Source: a virus
IMG/VR virus record: IMGVR_UViG_3300045738_001221
Coordinates: 1-64,000 of that record
DNA length: 64,000 bases
Direction: 5' to 3' (one strand)
Part shown: piece after piece, positions 18,029 to 27,618 of the stretch
Layout: each line of letters begins with the position of its first letter
Position numbering within the stretch: position 1 is the stretch's first letter
Notes under the pieces: model-generated
What the model saw: the letters and a program-made list of their open reading frames with translations, nothing else
Database searches by the model: none
Told to the model about the DNA's origin: nothing
Position numbers and translations under genes: made by a program

Positions 18029-18907
18029 ATGATTACATTTTACGAGCTTGGAAGTCTAGGTAGACTAGGGAACCAACTATTTCAATATGCTGCACTACGA
18101 GGACTTGGCCTAAAGAGGGGGTATGAAACTAAAATACCCGACCCCAGCAAACGACAATGGCACGGACAGGAGTGTTTGCTAGGCAACTTTAACATCCAGT
18201 CTCCTTATCTGGATGACAATGAAGAAGATTTGTTGCAAATACATAATATGTATTCTGAGCCAAATTCTATGGTTTTTGATGATGGTTTTTTTAATATTCC
18301 AGATAACACTAACCTTACGGGGTTCTTTCAAAGTATTTACTATTTTAAAGACCAACAAGAAGAGATAAAAAAAGAGCTTACTCCTAAAGATTGTCATTTA
18401 AAGAAGGCTACTGAAGAGTTTTTGAAACTAAAAGAGAAATTCCCTGAGCATGAGATCGTTTCACTTCACGTTAGACGGGGGGATAATACAGACAACGTAG
18501 ACCCAAACCAATATTCTTTGAGCGAGTACTACAGTCCTAGTGGGTTATATCATCAGTATTTAGGACAAGCGTTTGAATCCTTTGAAGGTCGTAAGGTCAG
18601 GTACTTGGTATTTACAGGTGGCAAGCGTGGTAGTGAAGACAATGTTAGCGATATTGAATGGGCAAAAGACAGCTTCAGAGGAGATGAGTTTATTTTTTCT
18701 GAAGGCAGAAGTCCTTTGGAAGATTTTTGTTTAATCATGAAATGCAATCATCATATTGTATCTCCTTCCAGTACTTTCGGTTGGTGGGCAGCTTACTTAG
18801 TAACAAGAAAAGAAAAAATTATAATTGCACCTCTTAAATATCAACCGGAACTGGTAGATATAAATTATAGGCCCGGTTTTTATCCAGAGGAGTGGAAACT
18901 ATTATGA
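18029..18907 (+). CDS. Alpha-1,2-fucosyltransferase (GT11)
   Basis: GRLGNQLFQYA, GFFQS, LHVRRGD, STFGWWAAYL. Confidence 0.92.
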   Translation: MITFYELGSLGRLGNQLFQYAALRGLGLKRGYETKIPDPSKRQWHGQECLLGNFNIQSPYLDDNEEDLLQIHNMYSEPNSMVFDDGFFNIPDNTNLTGFFQSIYYFKDQQEEIKKELTPKDCHLKKATEEFLKLKEKFPEHEIVSLHVRRGDNTDNVDPNQYSLSEYYSPSGLYHQYLGQAFESFEGRKVRYLVFTGGKRGSEDNVSDIEWAKDSFRGDEFIFSEGRSPLEDFCLIMKCNHHIVSPSSTFGWWAAYLVTRKEKIIIAPLKYQPELVDINYRPGFYPEEWKLL

Positions 18908-19845
18908 AAATTGTATCTGACATGAGTGGAGACTACGCAGATGGGGTCACCGCTAATCTGAAACTAGAATATCTTTCTGAAGACAATAGTGAGGAGGTAT
19001 TGTTCTGCGGCTATAACTCTATAATGAATTCTGATCTTCAAGAAAAGTATTCTTCGTACAAGAGAAAAGTGCTATTAAACCTATGGACTCCTACTGATTT
19101 TTTACTTATTGGAGATGACAGAGGAAGAAACGCTATCGAACAGCCAAGCTTTTTTGATGAAATTTATACTATCTGTCCTTATACGATTGACTGGCACCAC
19201 AGACACCACGGAGACAATAGGTATAAATATATTTTTCATCCCTTTGATGGAAGCCATGTGCCAGTGGACTACGAGAAAGATGCAGATGTCTGTTATTTTG
19301 GAGGAATTCATGGGAATGACCACTTAGAGATGATAGAGGGGATGAGGGGATTTAATTACCGCGTAATTTCTATGCTCAACAACCGTTTTGTAACTCATCA
19401 TAATATTCCTCACCATGAAAAATTAAACGTAGTGGCAAAGACTAAGATAAGTTTATGCGTAAACCTGCTGCCCTTAGAACCTAAGCATGTTTTGTATCTC
19501 ACAAATTACGACGCATGGGATAAAAATGTTGCGTTTAGGTCTTGTGAGCAGGGATTAATTCCCCAATATAAATGTAGGGCCGCAGAAGCTGCTTTTTGTA
19601 AAAGCTTACTGCTTGTTAAAAGAGATCCTTGGAATCTAATAGAACACTATTTTGTTCCTGATGAAGAGTTTATTTACTATAGTGATACGCAAGACTTGAA
19701 AGAAAAAATATTTTATATAATAAATAATTATGACCAATTCCAAGTAATGATAGAGAAAGCATATAAGCGATCTTTGAACTACACATCAAAACCCTTGGTT
19801 GATATAATCAAGAGCAAAAAAGAATGGAGACCTTTAAATGTATGA
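18904..19845 (+). CDS. Glycosyltransferase-like protein (CgeB/GT-B C-terminal type)
   Basis: DVCYFGG, RAAEAAFC, HYFVPDEEFIYY. Confidence 0.55.
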   Translation: MKIVSDMSGDYADGVTANLKLEYLSEDNSEEVLFCGYNSIMNSDLQEKYSSYKRKVLLNLWTPTDFLLIGDDRGRNAIEQPSFFDEIYTICPYTIDWHHRHHGDNRYKYIFHPFDGSHVPVDYEKDADVCYFGGIHGNDHLEMIEGMRGFNYRVISMLNNRFVTHHNIPHHEKLNVVAKTKISLCVNLLPLEPKHVLYLTNYDAWDKNVAFRSCEQGLIPQYKCRAAEAAFCKSLLLVKRDPWNLIEHYFVPDEEFIYYSDTQDLKEKIFYIINNYDQFQVMIEKAYKRSLNYTSKPLVDIIKSKKEWRPLNV

Positions 19846-20785
19846 TGTTGAAAATAAAAATATTTTAATAACTGGGGGCACCGGCTTTGTGGGGAAGAAT
19901 ATTGTTCCCCTTTTGGAAAAAGAAGGAGCCAACGTAACAGCAACGGGCAGAGATTACGACTTGTCAGTTTTTTCCGAGAGTGAAAAGCTCTTTACCTTAA
20001 AAAAATATGATTTGATTATTCACGCTGCTGCCTTTCAGGGCGCTGGGGATTTTCCTTTACGATATCCGGCCGACCAGTTTATGATTAATAACCTTATTCA
20101 TACTCACGCTCTCCATATGTGGAAGGAACATCAGTCGCAAGCGACCTTTGTAGGGATTGGCTCTACTTGTTCATACCCCGGAAATCTGGCTGTTCTTAGA
20201 GAAGAGGATTATTTTACAGGCCCATTGCATGAGTCGGTTGAAACATATGGGCTGACTAAGTGTGTGCTGCAAAAAGGTATCGAAGCCTATAAGAAACAAT
20301 ATGGTTTAAAAGGCACGACCGTGGTATTTGCTACATTATATGGTCCACACGATGAATTTGATCTGGAAAAGAGTCATGTCGTATCCGCTTTGGTAAAGAA
20401 ATTCTGCGATGCAAAACAGTTCGACTTACCAGAGGTTGAGATCTGGGGCGATGGCACCCAAACAAGAGAGCTTATCTATGTAGAAGATCAAATTAAGGGA
20501 CTTTTGGCTACTTGTGAATATGAAGGCGATCTTATAAATATTGGAACGGGAATTGAAACCACCATTAGAGACTTGGCGGAAACAATAAGTAACCTGACTG
20601 GTTTCGCAGGGAGTATAATTTATAATACAGACAAATTTGTAGGCGTTAAAAGAAAAGTGTTAGACGTTTCTAAAGCTGAAAGTTTATACGGGTGGACAAC
20701 AAAAGAGGGTTACGTCTTGATACCGCTAGAAGATGGGCTTGAACGTACTATCACATGGTATAGACGCAACTATCTGGAGAAATAA
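19838..20785 (+). CDS. GDP-L-fucose synthase-like epimerase/reductase
   Basis: GGTGFVG, GSTCSYP, YGLTK, LYGPHD, SHVVSAL, WGDGTQTRE. Confidence 0.85.
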   Translation: MYDVENKNILITGGTGFVGKNIVPLLEKEGANVTATGRDYDLSVFSESEKLFTLKKYDLIIHAAAFQGAGDFPLRYPADQFMINNLIHTHALHMWKEHQSQATFVGIGSTCSYPGNLAVLREEDYFTGPLHESVETYGLTKCVLQKGIEAYKKQYGLKGTTVVFATLYGPHDEFDLEKSHVVSALVKKFCDAKQFDLPEVEIWGDGTQTRELIYVEDQIKGLLATCEYEGDLINIGTGIETTIRDLAETISNLTGFAGSIIYNTDKFVGVKRKVLDVSKAESLYGWTTKEGYVLIPLEDGLERTITWYRRNYLEK

Positions 20786-20814
20786 ACAAACCCAAATTAC
20801 TGGGAAAATAAAAC

Positions 20815-21771
20815 ATGCCGAATATTAACAAAAACGATACAATAGTTGTTACCGGGGGAACCGGGTTCTTGGGTCGCGCAGTAGTTTCCAAGCTATCAGA
20901 GGAGGGGTATACGAACGTAGTGCCTCTTGGTTCATCTGACTATGATCTTAGAAAATTTGACTCGGTAGAAGCTATGTATAACCATAGGCAGCCTGATGTT
21001 ATAATTCATTTAGCAGCAACGGTGGGCGGCATAGGTGCAAATAAAAAAAACCCCGGAAGATTCATGTATGAAAATCTTATAATGGGGGCCAATCTAATTG
21101 AGGCTGGAAGGCATGAAGATTTAAAGAAGTTTATTATGGTAGGGACTGTGTGTGCTTATCCTAAATTTACTCCAGTTCCTTTTGAAGAAAAAGATATTTG
21201 GAATGGCTATCCAGAGGAAACAAATGCACCTTACGGAATAGCTAAAAAGACCTTGATGCAATTAATCATTTCCTACAAGGAGCAATATGGCTTTAACGGC
21301 ATCAATCTAATTCCAGTGAATATGTATGGGCCACATGATAATTTTGACCCTGAGATAAGCCACGTTATACCTGCTCTTATCCTTAAATTCCATCAGGCAA
21401 CCCTCTCCGATTTGCATTCTCCAATGAACATCTGGGGAACTGGGTCTGCCAGTCGAGAATTTCTGTATTCGGAAGATTGCGCAGAGGCCATAGCGTCCTC
21501 CATGTTGATTCATAATGACCCCCAGCCAGTCAATATTGGAACTGGCGTGGAGATTACTATTAAAAACTTGGCGCATTTGATAGCTGATAAAATGGGTTAC
21601 AAAGGACATATGATATTTGATACCACCAAACCAGATGGACAGCCCCGTAGATGTTTAAACACAGACAGGGCTAGGCGGGAGTTTGGTTTCGTTGCTAAAA
21701 TATCATTTGAAGAAGGCATAGAAAAAACTATAAAATGGTTTAGAAAAAACTATGACGGTAGATATGATTAA
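20815..21771 (+). CDS. fcl: GDP-L-fucose synthase
   Basis: HLAATVGGIGAN, GTVCAYP, YGIAK, NMYGPHDNF, SHVIPALI, KPDGQPRR. Confidence 0.9.
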   Translation: MPNINKNDTIVVTGGTGFLGRAVVSKLSEEGYTNVVPLGSSDYDLRKFDSVEAMYNHRQPDVIIHLAATVGGIGANKKNPGRFMYENLIMGANLIEAGRHEDLKKFIMVGTVCAYPKFTPVPFEEKDIWNGYPEETNAPYGIAKKTLMQLIISYKEQYGFNGINLIPVNMYGPHDNFDPEISHVIPALILKFHQATLSDLHSPMNIWGTGSASREFLYSEDCAEAIASSMLIHNDPQPVNIGTGVEITIKNLAHLIADKMGYKGHMIFDTTKPDGQPRRCLNTDRARREFGFVAKISFEEGIEKTIKWFRKNYDGRYD

Positions 21772-21827
21772 GTTAGGTTTTTTGGTTGGCAATTTGTGGC
21801 CCTCAATTAGGATATTATATTAGCAAA

Positions 21828-22793
21828 ATGAAGATATTAATAACCGGAGCCGGTGGCTACATAGGCTCGATGCTAACTTGGTATCTTAAGTCTATTGTTA
21901 CGAACGCTCAGGTCTTTGCGTTTGATAATTTTATATACGGTCAGGGAGCACAGCTATATCACTTGCTGACTAACAAGTCTAAATTTTATCAAGAAGATGT
22001 AAGGCATTTTAGCGACAATCTGAGACGCTGCATAAAAGAAGCCGACGTTATAATTCCGCTTGCTGCAATAGTAGGTGCTCCTGCGTGTGATAAAATACCA
22101 AAGTATGCGGTAGACATTAACTATAGGTGGTACGAGAGGCTTTTGGAAGAAAACATTTCAGAAAAATTAATTATTTATCCCAATACGAATTCTGGGTATG
22201 GCTCTACAGGAGAGGAAATCTGCACTGAAGAAACTCCGTCTAGACCCCTCTCTCTCTATGGGGAGACTAAGCAGAATACAGAAGACTTCTTGCTAAGAAA
22301 CCACCCCAACACAGTCTGCTTTCGCTTGGCTACAGTTTTTGGCTGGTCTTACAGGCCACGCCTTGATCTCCTAGTAAACAACCTAACATACGAGGCCAAA
22401 TTCAATAAACATATTGATGTTTTTGACGGTCACTTTAGAAGAAACTATATTCATATACAAGATATATGCAGGGCGTTTAAGTTTGCTATACGAAATTCCG
22501 AAAAAATGAAAGGTCAGGTATACAACCTTGGCAACGACGACGCCAACATGACCAAAAAGGAATTAGTGGAGCTGGTTTGTGGATTGACGGGGGCTTCCTT
22601 CTCGGAGATTAGCAATCGAACAGACCCGGACAAGCGAGACTATGTAGTAAGCAGCCAAAAGCTCTATGATTTAGGATACTATGCCGCCTTCGGCGTAGAG
22701 AAGGGAGTTAAAGAGATCATTGATTTCCTAGGATATCTATCGCTAGACAAGAAGACACGCCAGTTACAAATCTCCCATATGTTTAACTACTAA
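21828..22793 (+). CDS. NAD-dependent epimerase/dehydratase
   Basis: GAGGYIG, LAAIVGAPAC, PNTNSGYG, YGETK, RLDLLVN. Confidence 0.85.
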   Translation: MKILITGAGGYIGSMLTWYLKSIVTNAQVFAFDNFIYGQGAQLYHLLTNKSKFYQEDVRHFSDNLRRCIKEADVIIPLAAIVGAPACDKIPKYAVDINYRWYERLLEENISEKLIIYPNTNSGYGSTGEEICTEETPSRPLSLYGETKQNTEDFLLRNHPNTVCFRLATVFGWSYRPRLDLLVNNLTYEAKFNKHIDVFDGHFRRNYIHIQDICRAFKFAIRNSEKMKGQVYNLGNDDANMTKKELVELVCGLTGASFSEISNRTDPDKRDYVVSSQKLYDLGYYAAFGVEKGVKEIIDFLGYLSLDKKTRQLQISHMFNY

Positions 22794-23788
22794 TGATTAT
22801 CACCAGAGTACCCTTTAGACTCTCCCTGTTTGGAGGCTCTACAGATTATGAATCCTTTTACAGTAAGCACGGTTCCCTGTGTATTGGTGCAACTATAGAC
22901 AAATACGTGTACACTTCGATCAGGTTTCGACCCAAGGTTGTTGATCACGAAAGCGTAATAGCTTACTCTAAACTAGAGAGAACTCCAAACCATGCCTCGA
23001 TTGAAAATCCTCTCATTAGGGAATCTCTATTGAAGTTCAATGTCAACAGGGCTGTTGATCTGCACCTTTTCGCAGATATCCCAAGCAGAACGGGGCTCGG
23101 GGGCTCTTCTTCCTGTTGTGTGAGCCTTTGTTATTCAATAAGAAAGCTCCTAGGCCTTCCTGTGGACAAGCGATTGATTGCCCTTGATGCTATTGACATA
23201 GAAAGAAGGTCTCTGGGTGAGCCGGGAGGAATCCAAGATCAAATATGGGCTGCATACGGAGGACTAAACTCTATTGAAATAAAAAAAGATGGTAACTTTC
23301 GTGTTAAACCACTCCCCGTTACAAAAGAATTTATTCAAGACTTCGAGTCTTCTATATTTCTTGTTTATACAAACACGCAAAGAGACACCCACAACATAGC
23401 GGCAAGCCACGACTCAAGAGGCTCATTAAAAGCCAGACTTTTCATTAAAAAATTGGCCTTTGAAGCCTACAGGCTATTCTGCAAAGAAAACATCAAAGAA
23501 ATTGGCGAACTAATGCTGGAGACTTGGAACCAAAAAAAGAAAATATCCAATTCCATATGCACACCAGAGATAGAAAGGCTTGAGGGCTTCTTGTTGTCCA
23601 AGAAAATATATGGCATGAAGCTGCTAGGTAGCGGAGGGAGTGGATTTATTGCGGTTTTATGCAGGAAAAGAAATAAAAAAAGACTGATGAACGCTATAGA
23701 AAAAAAATATGAGGTGTTAGATTTGAGGGTAGAATTTAATGGAGCACAAAGCATCTTAGAGGAAAAAAATGACAACGTTATTTATTGA
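22793..23788 (+). CDS. hddA: GHMP kinase, D-glycero-D-manno-heptose-7-phosphate kinase-like
   Basis: RVPFRLSLFGGSTD, PSRTGLGGSSS, GIQDQ, KLLGSGGSG. Confidence 0.85.
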   Translation: MIITRVPFRLSLFGGSTDYESFYSKHGSLCIGATIDKYVYTSIRFRPKVVDHESVIAYSKLERTPNHASIENPLIRESLLKFNVNRAVDLHLFADIPSRTGLGGSSSCCVSLCYSIRKLLGLPVDKRLIALDAIDIERRSLGEPGGIQDQIWAAYGGLNSIEIKKDGNFRVKPLPVTKEFIQDFESSIFLVYTNTQRDTHNIAASHDSRGSLKARLFIKKLAFEAYRLFCKENIKEIGELMLETWNQKKKISNSICTPEIERLEGFLLSKKIYGMKLLGSGGSGFIAVLCRKRNKKRLMNAIEKKYEVLDLRVEFNGAQSILEEKNDNVIY

Positions 23789-24113
23789 CATTGATGGAAC
23801 TTTATTTAAACATCAAGGAACATTCAGTGACATTTGCATGAAAGAAGCCACCCTCCTGCCAAATGTTAGAGAAAAAATGAACGAATGGTGCGCCAAGGAG
23901 TATAAAATAATATTGACCACAGCTAGAAGAGAAAGCATGAGGTCAATAACAGAGACGCAGCTCTCTAGGCTTGGTGTACCTTATGATATATTAGTTATGG
24001 GTATTAGCAAGGGGCATCGAATAATTATTAACGACAGGCGTCCCAGTGGAGACAAGACGGCCTTTGCGATAAACGTTGGAAGAGATCATGGTCTTGGAGA
24101 TGCCAACGTATGA
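23769..24113 (+). CDS. Small HAD-family phosphatase
   Basis: DIDGT, LTTAR, IIND. Confidence 0.75.
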   Translation: MTTLFIDIDGTLFKHQGTFSDICMKEATLLPNVREKMNEWCAKEYKIILTTARRESMRSITETQLSRLGVPYDILVMGISKGHRIIINDRRPSGDKTAFAINVGRDHGLGDANV

Positions 24114-24550
24114 GGGTAGTAGTTATATCGGGATACTTTAATCCTTTACACGCAGGGCACTTAGACTACATTAAGGGCGCGTATGAATTAGGAGACAGGC
24201 TTGTTGTTATAGTTAATAACGACGCTCAAGTTGAGGTAAAGGGCTCTACGCCTTTTATGAACGAATCTGATCGCATGCGTATAGTAAGTGCCATTAAAGG
24301 AGTTGACCAAGTAGTTTTATCAAGAGATACTGATTCTTCTGTTGTCCAAACGTTAAGCGCGGTTTATGGTGAATACGCCATTGATTACTTTTTTGATAGT
24401 ATGATATTTGCAAACGGTGGGGATAGAACTAGAGTAGATTCCCCGGAGGAGTCTTATTGTCGGTGGAGAAAAATTAAAACAGTATACGGAGTGGGAGGTG
24501 AAAAGACAGAATCTTCTAGCAGCCTACTAAATAAAAAAATCACAAAGTAA
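24110..24550 (+). CDS. Cytidylyl/adenylyltransferase (TagD/RfaE-II-like)
   Basis: SGYFNPLHAGH (HxGH), FANGGDR, GGEKTESSS. Confidence 0.88.
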   Translation: MRVVVISGYFNPLHAGHLDYIKGAYELGDRLVVIVNNDAQVEVKGSTPFMNESDRMRIVSAIKGVDQVVLSRDTDSSVVQTLSAVYGEYAIDYFFDSMIFANGGDRTRVDSPEESYCRWRKIKTVYGVGGEKTESSSSLLNKKITK

Positions 24551-24565
24551 AATAAGGGGATTATA

Positions 24566-24838
24566 ATGACAATAAGTCTGCACGAGATGGGCGAAGGATA
24601 TATACAGAGTCTTAAATACAGAATAGAACGTAGCCAGCAGGAGGTACAGGAGCTTGTCCAACACCTTCAAGAGTGCGAAAATACCTTAAGCTTTGAAAAA
24701 AGTTCCAATCAATTCACCGAATGCTGCAATGCAGAATCTGATAAATACAATAGCACAGAAATCAAAGGGGGCGAAACGGCATCGACTGAGCATGTTGAAG
24801 AATATAAGCATGGAGTGGTTGATCAAGAGGCCACTTAA
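24566..24838 (+). CDS. Coiled-coil hypothetical protein running into the tmRNA 5' end
   Basis: AAGGGG RBS; last 72 nt overlap tmRNA. Confidence 0.5.
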   Translation: MTISLHEMGEGYIQSLKYRIERSQQEVQELVQHLQECENTLSFEKSSNQFTECCNAESDKYNSTEIKGGETASTEHVEEYKHGVVDQEAT

Positions 24839-25108
24839 AAACTTGATCAAACTAATAATTGCTGAAAAAGAAATTTTAGCGTTAGCTGCCTAGCAGCGGG
24901 GGTCGTGCCAACCCTCTTGCCAAATTGCACCGACTCCGATAATTCGGATAGAGTTCCCCCGCCTTGAATTAAGCAGGGGTGATAGCAATAATTTGCTTGA
25001 CTCAGATAACTCTGATAGCCTTGTTCATTGTGCGAATACAATGCACTAATCATGTAGAAAGTATTTGGATAATGTTACAGGACGCGGGTTCGACTCCCGC
25101 CGCCTCCA
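24767..25108 (+). ncRNA. ssrA: tmRNA; tag reading frame 24861-24893 encodes AEKEILALAA
   Basis: 5' GGGGGCG pairs with 3' CGCCTCC (G3.U70 Ala identity); 5' GGC-ATCGAC; T-arm GCGGG-TTCGACT-CCCGC; ATAATT-GCT resume context; tag ends ALAA-stop. Confidence 0.93.
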
Positions 25109-25120
25109 CTAAGGAAAAAC

Positions 25121-25306
25121 ATGAGCGACTATCAAAACAAACGGAAATTCAAAAAAAGGCAAAAGAAGAAAGAGGTGAGAAGAAAGAAGATGATGGCAAG
25201 AAGAAAGTCCATACTGGAAGAAAAGCAAGTGCAAAAGCTTATTGACAAAATGAACTATGAGTCTAGAGAAAGATTACGACCTATTAAAAGCCATAAGGAA
25301 GAATGA
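25121..25306 (+). CDS. Small highly basic protein
   Basis: AAGGA RBS; K/R-rich 61 aa. Confidence 0.6.
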   Translation: MSDYQNKRKFKKRQKKKEVRRKKMMARRKSILEEKQVQKLIDKMNYESRERLRPIKSHKEE

Positions 25307-25503
25307 TGCAAAAATTTTTGGTGCGATATCGGGTTGGCAATAAGGCTTTTGAAGAAGAGGTCTTGGCTTCAAGCGAAGGGGAGGCCTCCGACATGACTGA
25401 AGCTCAAGCCGGATGGGAGTTTCCAAAGAAAGAAATAAGGATAATCTCTACGAAGTCTCTGGACAAAACCATTACAAGACTTCGGCCCCCCAGCTTACCT
25501 TAA
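25303..25503 (+). CDS. Hypothetical protein
   Basis: ATGA overlap with previous gene. Confidence 0.55.
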   Translation: MMQKFLVRYRVGNKAFEEEVLASSEGEASDMTEAQAGWEFPKKEIRIISTKSLDKTITRLRPPSLP

Positions 25504-25595
25504 GAAAAAGCGACAACTCTTTATCTAAGCCTGAGGTTTCGGTGTATAGGACTATATGCTTATTAATATTACTATCCCGCAGCAAGGAGACCAAG

Positions 25596-25682
25596 ATGCC
25601 CCACGACTCAAAAGTAAAAAAGGCAGACCCGGCCCCGAAAAAGGCACCCAAAAAGATAGAGAAGCCCAAAGAAGACAAGTAA
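25596..25682 (+). CDS. 28-aa K/P-rich peptide
   Basis: AAGGAG RBS; MPHDSKVKKADPAPKKAPKKIEKPKEDK. Confidence 0.4.
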   Translation: MPHDSKVKKADPAPKKAPKKIEKPKEDK

Positions 25683-25692
25683 GGGTAGAGTA

Positions 25693-26001
25693 ATGCCTCT
25701 CAAAAAATGCTCCGACGACGATAAGAGTGGATGGAAATGGGGAGATTCTGGAAAGTGCTATACTGGTCGGGACGGTAAGAAGAAGGCTATCCAACAGGGA
25801 ATTTCTATTGAAGGCCCAGAGAAGTTTCAGAAGATGGCGTCTGCCGGGGATGTAGGTATTTCCGAATATGATACCCCCTTTGTCTCCTATGCTCTTCATG
25901 ATTTAGGGTATCCACTTGCAACTATAGTGGCTGTCGTAGCCACCATACGAAGAGGTCTATCAGAGGCCAATAAAGAATCGGGGTATCCCCTCTCAGATTA
26001 A
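25693..26001 (+). CDS. Hypothetical phage protein
   Basis: N-terminal C...GWKWG.SGKCYTG module. Confidence 0.6.
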   Translation: MPLKKCSDDDKSGWKWGDSGKCYTGRDGKKKAIQQGISIEGPEKFQKMASAGDVGISEYDTPFVSYALHDLGYPLATIVAVVATIRRGLSEANKESGYPLSD

Positions 26002-26146
26002 TATCTATTGATAATTAGGCGTCCTCCGGCGTTTTTTCTTATATTATCATTTTTTTCTGTGTATATAAGTGTAGTAAGCCACTGATATCTTGAGACAAGA
26101 AAAGCAAGATATTACCATAAAACTCTTGACGAAAGGGTCATAGGCT

Positions 26147-26812
26147 ATGTCAAATGATAGAAGAAAATTTTTACAGACTTGCGGTATAGCATCATTCATA
26201 GGAATAAATTTTTCACTTACTAGCGAATTACTGGCCGAGCCTCACAGGAAAAAGGGGGACTGTTTCTGTAATGTCGCCAAAATGGCTCAGGGAAACGCTA
26301 TCCTAGGCAAAGGAAGATGGGGTAGGAAACATCTTAGATACCTTATCTCAGACAGGGATGAACAGGATTTAACAAAAGAAGCTTGGGACAATGAATTTAA
26401 ACTCGCCTTTAGCGCGTGGTCTGAAATCACCCCCCTTACCTTTGAACAGGTCGATGAAGACGGCGTGTATGACATTGTAATATCGGTAGGAGACAAGAAG
26501 TGGGAGGGTTTTGGTCGAGAGGGAGGCATTCTGGCTTGGGCTCAAATGCCGCCGACAAGAAACTTTGATGGGATTCTTTTGTCAAAATTTGACCTAGCGG
26601 AAAATTGGATATTGCCAGAAACAAATGTCATTGCAATTTGGCCACCGACTGGAATTATTCTGAGATCAGTTGCTTGTCATGAAATAGGCCATTTGCTTGG
26701 TCTTCAACATTCCCAAGACCCAAACGCTTTAATGTATCCCTATATTAACAACTCTCTTAAACCGAAAGAAGATGATATTAAAAAGATTCAAAAGCTATAT
26801 GGTAAAAAATAG
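26147..26812 (+). CDS. Matrixin-like (M10) zinc metallopeptidase with Tat signal
   Basis: DRRKFLQ twin-arginine signal; AFSAWSEITPLTF; HEIGHLLGLQH; Met-turn ALMYP. Confidence 0.88.
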   Translation: MSNDRRKFLQTCGIASFIGINFSLTSELLAEPHRKKGDCFCNVAKMAQGNAILGKGRWGRKHLRYLISDRDEQDLTKEAWDNEFKLAFSAWSEITPLTFEQVDEDGVYDIVISVGDKKWEGFGREGGILAWAQMPPTRNFDGILLSKFDLAENWILPETNVIAIWPPTGIILRSVACHEIGHLLGLQHSQDPNALMYPYINNSLKPKEDDIKKIQKLYGKK

Positions 26813-26851
26813 CAATTCTCAATTTTTTCTTTCCTCTTTCGCCGCCTTCGA

Positions 26852-26859
26852 GGTATAAT
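26852..26859 (+). promoter_or_regulatory. Putative -10 element GGTATAAT
   Basis: Intergenic, upstream of 26915/ssb. Confidence 0.55.
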
Positions 26860-26914
26860 ACTGTGTAGTCGATAAGACACAATACTTAACAAGGATTTTT
26901 ATGAGGAGCGATTC

Positions 26915-27142
26915 ATGAGAACTGCCGAGACCATCAGTTGGTCAACCCTTCTTTCTACCAAGAAGTCTTCAAAGGTTATGTATAACTTTGCGACCGAACG
27001 GTACTCTGTTAAGGACGCCACCATTGCTTTTTCTGGAACAGTATATTCTGGAGAATTTCGTAGACTAGTAAGGACCCACGGAGCTTCCTATGCTCGTCGA
27101 CTGACGCGCAAGGCACTTCGTTATCGTGGTCTTTTAGCTTAA
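26915..27142 (+). CDS. Small basic hypothetical protein
   Basis: GAGGAG RBS. Confidence 0.6.
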   Translation: MRTAETISWSTLLSTKKSSKVMYNFATERYSVKDATIAFSGTVYSGEFRRLVRTHGASYARRLTRKALRYRGLLA

Positions 27143-27162
27143 CATTTTTAAGGAACTTTATA

Positions 27163-27600
27163 ATGAGCGATATTAACAAGGTTATAATCACCGGGCGAGT
27201 CACTAGAGATAGCGAGTTGCGCCAAACGCCAAATGGAACCTCAGTTACTGATGTTAGTGTGGTTTCTAACAGAATCTGGAACAAAAACGGAGAGCGCCAA
27301 GAAGAAGCAACCTTCGTAGATGTTACCGTCTGGGGCAAACAGGCAGAAACCCTTTCTCCCATGCTTACCAAGGGTCGCCATATTATGGTAGAGGGAAGAA
27401 TGAAGCTTAACAGTTGGGAAACTGACGAGGGCGTGAAGAGAAGTAAGCTCACTGTTGTAGCTGAAAATATCAACTTGACCCCCAATAACCCTAATCCGCA
27501 GGGAAACCAAGGCGCTTCGTCGTCTCGCCAATCCGTGGCGGCAGAGGTCGTGGCGGCAGGGGCCGGGGCATCAGTGACTGAAGAAGAGACCCCGTTTTAG
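27163..27600 (+). CDS. ssb: Single-stranded DNA-binding protein
   Basis: INKVIITGRVTRDSELR, VWGKQAE, VEGR, acidic tail EEETPF. Confidence 0.95.
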   Translation: MSDINKVIITGRVTRDSELRQTPNGTSVTDVSVVSNRIWNKNGERQEEATFVDVTVWGKQAETLSPMLTKGRHIMVEGRMKLNSWETDEGVKRSKLTVVAENINLTPNNPNPQGNQGASSSRQSVAAEVVAAGAGASVTEEETPF

Positions 27601-27618
27601 TTTCTGAAATCTATCTAT

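Noticed and set aside
24693-25245. ORFs 24693..24893, 24847..25053 and 24979..25245
   Set aside because: They overlap the tmRNA; the first is simply the tag frame extended upstream.
26083-26140. Riboswitch in the matrixin leader (ATATCTTG/CAAGATAT and TGAC/GTCA hairpins)
   Set aside because: Two short AT-rich hairpins with no recognisable aptamer consensus; insufficient support.
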